DNA of 64,000 nt, from the IMG/VR virus record IMGVR_UViG_3300034520_000378. One strand, given 5' to 3'. The notes beneath the pieces are model-generated. The model was given only the letters and a program-made list of their open reading frames with translations. It was not told the origin of the DNA and did not search any database. Origin of the DNA: a virus. How positions within the stretch are numbered: position 1 is the stretch's first letter; every line of letters begins with the position of its first letter. A program made the translations under genes and the position numbers. Shown in pieces: positions 29,509-37,590 of the stretch.

Positions 29509-30207
29509 TTAGAACCGTCTGCGCGGTGACGGCCCGCCTATATAGCGCCCAAATGTAGAAGGACCGCCTACCCCGCCCATCTTCGGTCTGCGCTTGGGAA
29601 CAAAGCTCTTTGTCGGCTCAGCCAATACGTTCTTCACTACCGCTATCTTCCGCCCAACGTTGACCTTGCATATGTCCGAGAAGTGCATCAAAAGACCGTG
29701 CACAGCAAGGCCTACGGCGTCAATGATGTGCTCGTCCTCATCGCTGTACACAGGCTCGCCACTTGCCGCATAGCTTACAACACGGTAGTTGAAGAACTGC
29801 CTGATCATGGCTCTGTCATCAGGCGGCAGGGCTATCTGCCCTCTTTCAAACAGGATCTGGAGGTTGTTCACTATCCAGTGCTTGAGGCGCTTCTTGGAGG
29901 GCTCCTTGGTGAACGGGTCCAGTATCTTCACACCATCGGAAAACGTGACGCCTTTGACTTTGTCAGCAAGACCGGTTTCGGGATGCTCAAGCCCGTACTT
30001 GTGCAGCGTCTCCACTTGATACTCACCTGCACCGCGGTCGACGTATATGTAGTCAAGGTCATAGGTCTCGTTGAGGGATATGATCTTGTTGACGGCGTTA
30101 TCAAAAGTGAATTTGGAGCGCGGGATCTCGACACGCAAAATAGGCTTGTAAATGCCTTTCTCGACGTCGAATTCCACAATCACCATGTTTGTGGCCGCAC
30201 CGTATTT
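29509..30207 (-). CDS. terL: Terminase large subunit, exon 2 (nuclease domain)
   Basis: IYVDRGAG, DEHIIDA; continues GVDWD|KYGA in frame. Confidence 0.9.
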   Translation of the reverse strand, partial: KYGAATNMVIVEFDVEKGIYKPILRVEIPRSKFTFDNAVNKIISLNETYDLDYIYVDRGAGEYQVETLHKYGLEHPETGLADKVKGVTFSDGVKILDPFTKEPSKKRLKHWIVNNLQILFERGQIALPPDDRAMIRQFFNYRVVSYAASGEPVYSDEDEHIIDAVGLAVHGLLMHFSDICKVNVGRKIAVVKNVLAEPTKSFVPKRRPKMGGVGGPSTFGRYIGGPSPRRRF

Positions 30208-30545
30208 CACGTTGTTACTCCATGCTTATATACATGGGGCCAGGTCATTTCTGCCTGGCTCTCACGGCTTTCCCGTGAGGTCGGACCATATCTTGCGCCA
30301 GAGTTCCTGGCGACGGCACGCCACCTTTAACCGTTGCCGGCCAAAGGCCCTACTTACATCCCGGAGGGATGCGTTCGGTGGTCTCTGAACCTTCCTCTGC
30401 CTTGCGACAGAGGCTTGGCTGCTGATTGCCCATTGTTGCATCGGCTTGATTTTCAAGCCATCGCGCCCGCGGTCGCCCGCCACGCTGTGGCTCAAGCCGC
30501 TTTAGGGGTTCCCAGCAGTTCGTGCCGTAGGGACAAATACCGCTT
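30208..30545 (-). mobile_element. Group I intron in terL (338 nt, no ORF)
   Basis: P1 GGGAU|AAG..UUUGUCCC with U.G; P AACTGCTGGGAA, Q AATCAGCAG, R TTCAGAGACCA, S AAGATATGGTCC; terminal G. Confidence 0.93.
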
Positions 30546-31436
30546 ATCCCAGTCCACACCAAACACACGCGGCCCTGCTTTCTCATTGCTGCCGGTCTCG
30601 TACTTCAAGCCTATATCCCTGCCGAGCTGGATCGCATGCTCTACATGCTGCCGTATAAACACGCTCGATGACTCACTGGTGAACTCGGCAGCAACCTCAA
30701 GCGCATAAGCATCGCCCGGGAATTCTTCCCTAAGCTGCGCCTCCATCTCGGCATTCCAGTTGGGATTGACCCACGTGGGATAGTGAAACTCCTGCCAGCC
30801 CAGCTCCTTGTTCACGCACCATCTCCTGAAATGGTTGTCGCCGCCTATCGGAGTGGACGCGGCAACCACCCTTATCCTGTTCGGGTCCTCGAGCTGTAAG
30901 GCAAGGAGCGTATTGACGTCCTGCGAAGTAAGATACGCCGCCTCGTCAAGTATCAGCAGATCCGCCCACTGGCCACGAATATTGGCCGCACCCTTGCCCG
31001 TACGGGAGCCGGCACTCATACCCTTGATAACAGACCCGTTGGCAAATTCTATCTCGTGCGGATTCCTCACGTCCCTCACAACAGAGGCGGATACATTCTC
31101 GCTGTTCGATATAAGCTCGCGGACACGCGTGAAGAACTCGTTGACCTGCGACTCATACGGGGCTACATAGAGGACCCTGTACGACGGCTTCTGTCCCTTG
31201 TTGGGCTGCAGGTAGGCGTGATAGATTGCCATGACGCACGTTACATCGGTTTTACCTGTTCTACGCCCCGCCCTTATCACTATCTTCCTCGCTTTGCTCC
31301 TCAATATCTCCGCCTGGTACCAGCGCGCATCCCACTTAAGCTCAAGCTTGGCCCACAGGGCAGGGTCGGATAAGATCCTGAGGAGCCCGAGCTCCTCAGG
31401 ACTGAGCTGGACATTAGAAGGAGTCGAAGTAGCCAC
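30546..31436 (-). CDS. terL: Terminase large subunit, exon 1 (ATPase)
   Basis: YQ..AGRRTGKT Walker A, LILDEAAY Walker B, ASTP coupling motif, FGVDWD; spliced product ~529 aa. Confidence 0.92.
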
Positions 31437-31905
31437 GGCTTATCCTCCTAGCCTCGCTGCCAAGCGCAAAGTTAACGGCCATCTTCGATTCCTGCATCGC
31501 AGCAACCGCCCTGCGCCTTGCAGTAGCCTTTGCAGCATTGTCAAAGAACCCGCGGCCTATTGAGTTGCCATTTCTGACACCGGGCGTTGGTCTGTACGTA
31601 AACGCTCTTTGCCCCAGTATACCGCCCAGGGTGTAAGCAAGCTGACCGAATGATAACCCCCACATCACCGGACTGGCAACCTTCCACAGTAGCAAATCGA
31701 AGGCGGCGCGGCCAGCTGCGCCCACCAGCCCTTCCTTGGGATTTTCCTTCATGCGATTTGCTACGTCCCAGGCCGTCAGTCCCACGGTGAGCACGGTGCC
31801 GAAGCCTATACCGTGCGGAATAACCGCCTGCTTCAGAAGGTACCCGCCAGCTCTGACATTGTTGACAGCATTGTTGATAAAGGTAGATGCCTTAAAACCA
31901 GGCAA
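31414..31905 (-). CDS. Gly/Ala-rich basic protein (possible internal virion protein)
   Basis: 163-aa ORF in operon with hydrophobic stretches. Confidence 0.5.
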   Translation of the reverse strand: MPGFKASTFINNAVNNVRAGGYLLKQAVIPHGIGFGTVLTVGLTAWDVANRMKENPKEGLVGAAGRAAFDLLLWKVASPVMWGLSFGQLAYTLGGILGQRAFTYRPTPGVRNGNSIGRGFFDNAAKATARRRAVAAMQESKMAVNFALGSEARRISRGYFDSF

Positions 31906-31921
31906 CGACGATCACTCCCCT

Positions 31922-32338
31922 TTAGCCGTTGCGCAACGCATGCAGCGCAAGCGCCAGCTCGCCATCAGCCCCCAGATGGTCAAGGAACCCACCTGTTTGT
32001 ATCTGCTTTTTCTGCAGGTTGGGCGTCCTGGTCTCTCCGGTGAGCGATTCTACATCACCAACGTTGACGAGCCCCACACTGGCGCGAACCGGACCAGTAG
32101 CCAGGCCAACAGCGAACGCGCCGCCCAATACCGTTGGCGTTACCCATCTCCTGTATGCAAAGCCCAAAGCGTTGTCAGCAGGCTTGATGAACAACGGCTT
32201 AACACGCGTCGCGACATTCAATACGTCGTCTGCTACACTGGTCGTATCTTTGAATACGTCACCAAGAAAACGCCGCGCACCGGATGCGGTATCAAAGATC
32301 TTGTCCAGCGTCCGCCCAATCGCAGCACCAGCACCCAT
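31922..32338 (-). CDS. Gly/Ala-rich protein
   Basis: 138 aa, AGGAG RBS, C-terminal GADGELALALH. Confidence 0.5.
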   Translation of the reverse strand: MGAGAAIGRTLDKIFDTASGARRFLGDVFKDTTSVADDVLNVATRVKPLFIKPADNALGFAYRRWVTPTVLGGAFAVGLATGPVRASVGLVNVGDVESLTGETRTPNLQKKQIQTGGFLDHLGADGELALALHALRNG

Positions 32339-32362
32339 TTAAACCACTCCTTCAGTCAACAA

Positions 32363-33007
32363 TTACACAAACGGTATACCAGCTATATCAAATTCACCTT
32401 CTCTGTTGTGGAACATACCGCCACCACCGGTTATCGCCCTGCCAAGAGTGCCTAACCCCATAAGACCTCCAGCAGTTATACCCATTCTGATACCCCAAGC
32501 ACCCCAGTCACGATGACGCGTAACAGGATCCACCATCTTGGGCGAAAACCATGCTTTGGCACCTGCGCCTAAACTGCTGCGTATCGCCTTTACCCGCTGT
32601 GCAGCAGCGGCATTAGCAGCAGCAGTTGCTTGAGAAATGTTATCCTTCAACACGTCGGCAAAATACTCAAGAGTGTCAATGTCGCCAGGGCCATAAGTCC
32701 TGCCCAGCAACTCAATGGCGTCTGTGCCACCCTTTTTGAAGTAATCAATAGCGTTTTGAAAGTACTTGAGCAGCCCTTTATCTTCGCCCAGCTTTTCTAT
32801 GCTCTTCTTTAGCTGCTCTCCCGCTATCTTTCCGCCCTGCTTCTGCCACGCCTGTGCTACGTTGTCGGCTACGTCACCAAACACTCTGCGAAACTTGTCA
32901 TTGCTGGCAATCTCATGAGGCAACCCTTTAAGATCGTCAGCAACCGCCCTCGCCATACGTTGAGCCCTTGCAAAGCTGTTAGCAGCTATTGTTCCTATTC
33001 GCGCCAT
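32363..33007 (-). CDS. Gly/Ala-rich protein
   Basis: GGAGG before ATG 33007; C-terminal G-rich segment ending FDIAGIPFV. Confidence 0.5.
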   Translation of the reverse strand: MARIGTIAANSFARAQRMARAVADDLKGLPHEIASNDKFRRVFGDVADNVAQAWQKQGGKIAGEQLKKSIEKLGEDKGLLKYFQNAIDYFKKGGTDAIELLGRTYGPGDIDTLEYFADVLKDNISQATAAANAAAAQRVKAIRSSLGAGAKAWFSPKMVDPVTRHRDWGAWGIRMGITAGGLMGLGTLGRAITGGGGMFHNREGEFDIAGIPFV

Positions 33008-33029
33008 ATCGTCCCCTCCACACGCATAG

Positions 33030-33701
33030 TTAGTTTGACTGCACGTCAATGATGTTAAAAAGCCCAAGCTCCTTAGCCTTGGCTATAACATCCGCAGCAA
33101 CGGAGCTGGGGTCTTTGCCCCTGAATGATGCGTTCTTGTCCTTCCTGGTTGAGTTCAAAAGCTGCAGTATCCTGTGCCGCTCCTTCCTGAGCTTTTCCTT
33201 GTACTCTACAGCACGGGCTATCTCCGGTTTCGTAAACTCCATGCCGTCCTCGGTAACAAATACCGGAACCTCTTCAACAAACTCCGGCCGCGCAGCCATG
33301 TAGTGATCGGCCCGCATAAGCTGTATGTCAAGGTCGATAAGCTCCTTGATAAGCGTGAGATCCACTATATCTTCTTCGGTTATCTCAAGGTGCTTGCAGT
33401 ATTTGTCAAACAGAACGATGATTGTGGCTATTTCTATTGGACAGCGGCCGCGCTGCTGCGGCCTGTCATCCGGTGCAATATAGCACGTCTCCACATATGG
33501 ACATTTCTCACCGCGGCATATCATAGGCACCTGCGCCAGTATGCCATGCTTCACGCGGGTTATGGCACCCGCTTTGTTTATGCCGCGCTTTGATGCCTCG
33601 TCTATCCCCCACACCTCTGCTATAAGAGCGGCATTGGGACTGCTCAGCGCTTTCATCGTTTCGTCACTGAGAGGTACCAAGTCTTCAGCCAAATCTGTCA
33701 C
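33030..33701 (-). CDS. Candidate terminase small subunit with Cys4 motif
   Basis: C-x4-C-x5-C..C-P-I-E then helical region and L.STRKDK; size and position upstream of terL. Confidence 0.5.
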   Translation of the reverse strand: MTDLAEDLVPLSDETMKALSSPNAALIAEVWGIDEASKRGINKAGAITRVKHGILAQVPMICRGEKCPYVETCYIAPDDRPQQRGRCPIEIATIIVLFDKYCKHLEITEEDIVDLTLIKELIDLDIQLMRADHYMAARPEFVEEVPVFVTEDGMEFTKPEIARAVEYKEKLRKERHRILQLLNSTRKDKNASFRGKDPSSVAADVIAKAKELGLFNIIDVQSN

Positions 33702-33704
33702 CCC

Positions 33705-34952
33705 TTACAACCGCACTTCCTTGCGTATAGACATCCTGCTTATGCGGTTCCGATCGTCATACTCATATGTAGTCGTTATAACAAGGTTGCCCTCCGTCTC
33801 AATCTCGGCCACCCTGTTCCCTTTTTCGTCATACAGGAACTCGATTGTCTTGTTTATCTGACCAGACCACGTCTCACGTATCACGCGGTCGTTTTCGTCA
33901 TACTCAATCATGATGTCCACATTACAGTCAGCAAGCCGAGAGTTGAGCCTGTGTGAAAGAGAGGTGTAACCACCAGCACAAGCAGCGCTCTCGATGTCCA
34001 CGCCATCCACAATAAAGTGGATCCGCTCTCCACCAAGGAACGGATCGTTAAACTGTACGGTGTACTCGTCCACCTCTACGTAGTCGTTGTCGCTGCCCGG
34101 TGTGTAAAGCACGCCGTTAACAAAAACCCTGAGCCTGCCGGTACCATACGGATACGGATAAGCAAGATGGAATACCGTCTGCTCAGGTTCGGCTGTGTGT
34201 ACCTCGGTAAAACCCATGCCAGGAACGGCATTCTCTACCAGAAACCGGACCACAGCACCCTGGGGAAGCGGATAGTTAAAACGGACCGTGTGCGCGTCCA
34301 CTTCCACATAGTCATCCTGCTCGCCGCATCCCATGAGAAGACCGTCAACAAAGACGCGCAGCTTGCCAGCGCCAACCGGATACTTGTGCTGCAGGACAAA
34401 TTCCTGCTGGCCTTCCTGCGCTACGTATACCTCGCTAAACGTGTATCCGATCGCTCCTGCTTCGATGGCATCCAGCCTTTGCCCTAGAGAGTCATACGCT
34501 CCCCGCGCCTCGTATATCTCCTTGGTCACGCCACCCTTCTGAAGAAAAGGGCGCATGTCCTCAATACTTACAGAACCAGCTGAACACGATACCCTGCCAA
34601 GAAGCAGCTTGTCCGCAGCATCAAGAGGAGCATCGCTGTAAGAAACTACACCATCTTCACCAAGGTATATGTAATACCATTGCCCGTCAGCCGCGCCGTC
34701 TATCCTGAGAACAACATCGCTCCTCGTCAGGACAGGCGTCTCGTTGATAAAAGCCAGCCCCGGCGCAATGGTTACAACTATGCCGCCATTATCAAGCACT
34801 GCTTCCGTTATCTTGTAGTCAGCAAGCAGATTGCTCCCTATATCGTCAAGGCGCGCCTTGAGCGTGCTGTACTGCCCGCGCGCCTCCACTACCTCGTTAT
34901 AAACACTATCCAGTTTGGGGCTGTTGAGCTGAAACTCTCCTATCCTGCGCAT
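33705..34952 (-). CDS. Virion protein with two beta-sandwich repeats and a YD-like C-terminus
   Basis: Two LRVFV.G...DYVEVD..TV.FN.P repeats, two EARG.Y..L..RLD motifs, three YD..(G/D)NR/RV turns; first gene of the late block. Confidence 0.6.
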   Translation of the reverse strand: MRRIGEFQLNSPKLDSVYNEVVEARGQYSTLKARLDDIGSNLLADYKITEAVLDNGGIVVTIAPGLAFINETPVLTRSDVVLRIDGAADGQWYYIYLGEDGVVSYSDAPLDAADKLLLGRVSCSAGSVSIEDMRPFLQKGGVTKEIYEARGAYDSLGQRLDAIEAGAIGYTFSEVYVAQEGQQEFVLQHKYPVGAGKLRVFVDGLLMGCGEQDDYVEVDAHTVRFNYPLPQGAVVRFLVENAVPGMGFTEVHTAEPEQTVFHLAYPYPYGTGRLRVFVNGVLYTPGSDNDYVEVDEYTVQFNDPFLGGERIHFIVDGVDIESAACAGGYTSLSHRLNSRLADCNVDIMIEYDENDRVIRETWSGQINKTIEFLYDEKGNRVAEIETEGNLVITTTYEYDDRNRISRMSIRKEVRL

Positions 34953-35017
34953 TACGGCACCCCTGCTTTGCAATAGCCTCTCTTATACGTATATACCTGC
35001 TCATGCACAGGCGAATG

Positions 35018-35047
35018 TTGCCGTGACGGCTTATTTGATGGTATAAT
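35018..35047 (+). promoter_or_regulatory. sigmaA-like promoter
   Basis: TTGCCG-N18-TATAAT with TG extension. Confidence 0.55.
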
Positions 35048-35078
35048 ATGACTGTGAAACACATAGAATCAGGGAGTG

Positions 35079-35255
35079 ATGCGAAGAGATTGCATTCTGC
35101 CCCGATAGCGACCTGCCCACCGCCCAATAGACGACCTGCTCGACGCCGTCTACTCGCTCACCGGCCGGCGCTACACATGGTACTACGACCCGCCAACTAA
35201 TACGCTGTACATCAACTCCACAGCCGGCGGCCTGCCGCTCTTCCAGGGCAGGTGA
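35079..35255 (+). pseudogene. 58-codon frame interrupted by one amber codon
   Basis: Promoter, AGGGAG RBS, ATG, TAG at 35106, open to TGA 35255, then terminator. Confidence 0.4.
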
Positions 35256-35264
35256 AAGACACAC

Positions 35265-35303
35265 AAAAAGCCCCCGGGAGAAACTCCTCCCGGGGGCTTT
35301 TTT
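35265..35303. terminator. Bidirectional intrinsic terminator
   Basis: AAAAAGCCCCCGGGAG-AAACTC-CTCCCGGGGGCTTTTTT. Confidence 0.85.
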
Positions 35304-35323
35304 GTGCGCGCCCGGCATGGGCG
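35304..35323 (+). mobile_element. 5' stub of a group IIC intron
   Basis: GTGCGCGCCCGGCATGGGCG directly after a terminator T-run. Confidence 0.65.
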
Positions 35324-35349
35324 ATGAGGAAGGACTGAACGTCAGGAGA

Positions 35350-35566
35350 CTACGGTACGTACGGTATACAGCAGTTCGTTAGGATTGATGTACTACTTGA
35401 TATCTCGCACATCATTTCTTCCATCTCCTGACGCCGTTGATACACTATGCGCTTCCACTGTTTCTTGTGATTTCATCTCTTCCTTCAGCGGTTCAACTAG
35501 TGGTTCCAACTAGCAAGCCTACAGCGGACTTTCACCGCCTAGTTATCACTCATGCCGGACGCACAC
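35350..35566 (-). mobile_element. Internally deleted group IIC intron remnant
   Basis: GTGCGTCCGGCATGAGTG..GGCGGTGAAAGTCCGC (domain I start) right after the flagellin terminator; degenerate domain V GAACTGCTGTATACCGTACGTAC at 35350-35378; no RT ORF. Confidence 0.75.
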
Positions 35567-35571
35567 GAAAT

Positions 35572-35597
35572 AGGCCAGAGGGTTTTCCTCTGGCCCT
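35572..35597 (-). terminator. Flagellin terminator
   Basis: GGCCAGAGG-AAAAC-CCTCTGGCC followed by TATTT. Confidence 0.75.
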
Positions 35598-35610
35598 TTC
35601 TCTTTTATGC

Positions 35611-36849
35611 TTACCTGAGTAACTGCAGTACCGCCTGAGGTAGCTGATTGGCCTGGGCAAGCATGGCCGTTGCAGCTTGCTGCAGGATACTCTGCTTGGT
35701 GAATTCCATCATTTCCTTTGCCATGTCTACGTCGCGGATGCGGGACTCGGCTGCGGTCAGGTTTTCGGCTGCTACGGATAGGTTGTTGATGGTATGTTCG
35801 AGGCGGTTCTGGTATGCACCAAGTTTGGAACGTTCTGCAGATACCGTATCAATTGCAGCTTGAATTTTAGTAACCGCATTAGCGGCGTTGGTGGCATTGC
35901 TTACATCTAAAGCGTACTCTACAGCTGTATTATTTGTTCCGTTAGTTACAGTCATGCTTGAAGTAAACCCACTACTACCCGTGTTGCTACTAATGCCCAA
36001 GGCAGACGCCCGCATGTCAGATAGATCCAGAGTCATAGTCTGGTTTTCATTAGCACCGATTTGCATTATAAAAGAAGAAGATTTAGCAGGAGTCGGGTTA
36101 TAAATACCTGGTGTTAAACCTATTGCTGATAGACTACCTGAGGTAGGAGTTTTAATTTCAATGCTGTCGGTAGTATTGCTTGCGGTAATCACTAACGCAT
36201 TGCCGCTCTTAGTAACAGTTGCGGCACCCGATAAGGCTGTATTTAGATCGGTGACCAAGGTATCAATGGTATTAGTTGACCCATCATAATTCTTGTTCAA
36301 GGCAACGGTCTTTGTTGTACCGCCTATAACAACATCAAAAACCAAGTTTGTAGTAGAAAAATCTGTACTTGTGCCCAAAGTGATGGTAGTACCAGTTACA
36401 GTAGCCGCTGTTCCCGCTGTTACCGTACCTGCCGTAGCATTAAGAAGTTTCTGGGTGTTAAATTCTGTAGTATTGGCTATGCGGTTGATTTCAGATGTAA
36501 GTTGGTTAATTTCCTTCTGGATTTCTGCACGGTCTTTATCGGTATTGGTATCATTACCAGCCTGGATAGCCAATTCCCTCATACGTTGGAGAATGCTGTG
36601 GACTTCGTTCAGCGCACCTTCGGCAGTCTGTATCATAGAAATAGCATCTTGGGCATTTCGTACCGATTGATTTAAACCTCTAATCTGAGCGCGCATCTTC
36701 TCGCTTATCGCCAGACCTGCCGCATCATCGCCGGCACGATTAATCCTGAGGCCCGATGAGAGTTTCTCCAGCGACTTCTGAAGTGAAGAGTTGTTGATGG
36801 AAAGCTGCCTGTACGCATTAAGCGCACTTATGTTTTGGTTAATCCTCAT
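35611..36849 (-). CDS. fliC: Flagellin
   Basis: MRINQNISAL..LEKLSSGLRINRAGDDAAGLAISEKMR; C-terminal RSKLGAYQNRLE..SRIRDVDMA..QAVLQLLR; Thr/Ser-rich variable middle. Confidence 0.98.
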   Translation of the reverse strand: MRINQNISALNAYRQLSINNSSLQKSLEKLSSGLRINRAGDDAAGLAISEKMRAQIRGLNQSVRNAQDAISMIQTAEGALNEVHSILQRMRELAIQAGNDTNTDKDRAEIQKEINQLTSEINRIANTTEFNTQKLLNATAGTVTAGTAATVTGTTITLGTSTDFSTTNLVFDVVIGGTTKTVALNKNYDGSTNTIDTLVTDLNTALSGAATVTKSGNALVITASNTTDSIEIKTPTSGSLSAIGLTPGIYNPTPAKSSSFIMQIGANENQTMTLDLSDMRASALGISSNTGSSGFTSSMTVTNGTNNTAVEYALDVSNATNAANAVTKIQAAIDTVSAERSKLGAYQNRLEHTINNLSVAAENLTAAESRIRDVDMAKEMMEFTKQSILQQAATAMLAQANQLPQAVLQLLR

Positions 36850-36875
36850 GAATCATACCTCCTTGTATTATTGTT

Positions 36876-36895
36876 CTCCCCGGTCCTTCGGGGAG
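36876..36895 (-). promoter_or_regulatory. CsrA-binding hairpin in the flagellin leader
   Basis: CTCCCCG-AAGGAC-CGGGGAG (ANGGAN hexaloop); second AAGGA site overlaps the SD. Confidence 0.8.
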
Positions 36896-36944
36896 TAGTT
36901 TTGTTTGACAATCAGACCGGTCTGAATTGTCTTTTCACCATAAT

Positions 36945-36971
36945 ATATCGGCATACAGAGAGATAACTTTA
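36945..36971 (-). promoter_or_regulatory. sigma28 (SigD/FliA) promoter
   Basis: TAAA-N15-GCCGATAT, exact consensus. Confidence 0.92.
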
Positions 36972-37073
36972 GGGCCACTCGATCAAATTGACCACCGTTT
37001 TTGACGCTGACAGCCGAATATCCCCACAAATGTGCTGCTTTTCGTCGACTTTCAGCTTTTTTCGCGCAAATAC

Positions 37074-37235
37074 TTACTCCTCTTCGTATTCGTCCAGTTC
37101 AAGCCGGAGGACCTTTACATTGGGCGGTGCTTCAATACCGATCTTGACCTTGCTGCCGTCGATTTCGACTATTCGCACGATAACGTCTTTACCAATGCGG
37201 ACGCCTTCGTCCACCCTCCTCGTGACCACAAGCAT
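37074..37235 (-). CDS. csrA: Carbon storage regulator CsrA, short form (53 aa)
   Basis: Below the ORF-track cutoff; MLVVTRRVDEGVRIGKDVIVRIVEIDGSKVKIGIEAPPNVKVLRLELDEYEEE with GGAGG RBS. Confidence 0.92.
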   Translation of the reverse strand: MLVVTRRVDEGVRIGKDVIVRIVEIDGSKVKIGIEAPPNVKVLRLELDEYEEE

Positions 37236-37269
37236 GTGTATACCCCTCCCTGGTTAGATTGCTATATTA

Positions 37270-37294
37270 CTTCTACATTCGTCGACAAATTCCT
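37270..37294 (-). promoter_or_regulatory. sigmaH-like promoter upstream of csrA
   Basis: AGGA-ATTT..(N17)-GAAG. Confidence 0.5.
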
Positions 37295-37549
37295 CCCTGA
37301 TACGTAAACAAAGTCACGCCACATGCATAATCTTCAAGCGACGTGCTTCTTCAAACAAGCGCTGTTCAATAGCGCGCCTGTATTCCTCAGGCATGGGCGG
37401 CAGGTCTTTCCTCCTACTCGATTTTTGGCCCACCTCAGCAAGCACTAAGCTCAACAGCGCCGCTCTTTAGCCATTCCAAAACTCTGTGCGCCGCCTCATC
37501 AGTTAAGCCATAGTGGCCTGATATGCTTATCATCCTGCCTATGTAAGTA

Positions 37550-37574
37550 ATTCGACGTCCACGCTAATTTTCCT
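37550..37574 (-). promoter_or_regulatory. sigmaH-like promoter
   Basis: AGGA-AAAT..GTC(N17)-GAAT. Confidence 0.65.
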
Positions 37575-37590
37575 CCTTCAACTAGGAGCT

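Noticed and set aside
30492-30545. Programmed frameshift or two-gene terminase
   Set aside because: The gap holds a complete group I core and splicing restores the conserved motif.
35304-35566. Functional group II intron, retron or DGR
   Set aside because: No reverse transcriptase ORF or template/variable repeat pair seen; only short remnants.
37310-37535. Small minus-strand ORFs between the R-M gene and csrA as fliW or tldR remnants
   Set aside because: Two short frames of about 30-45 codons with no resemblance I can recognise.
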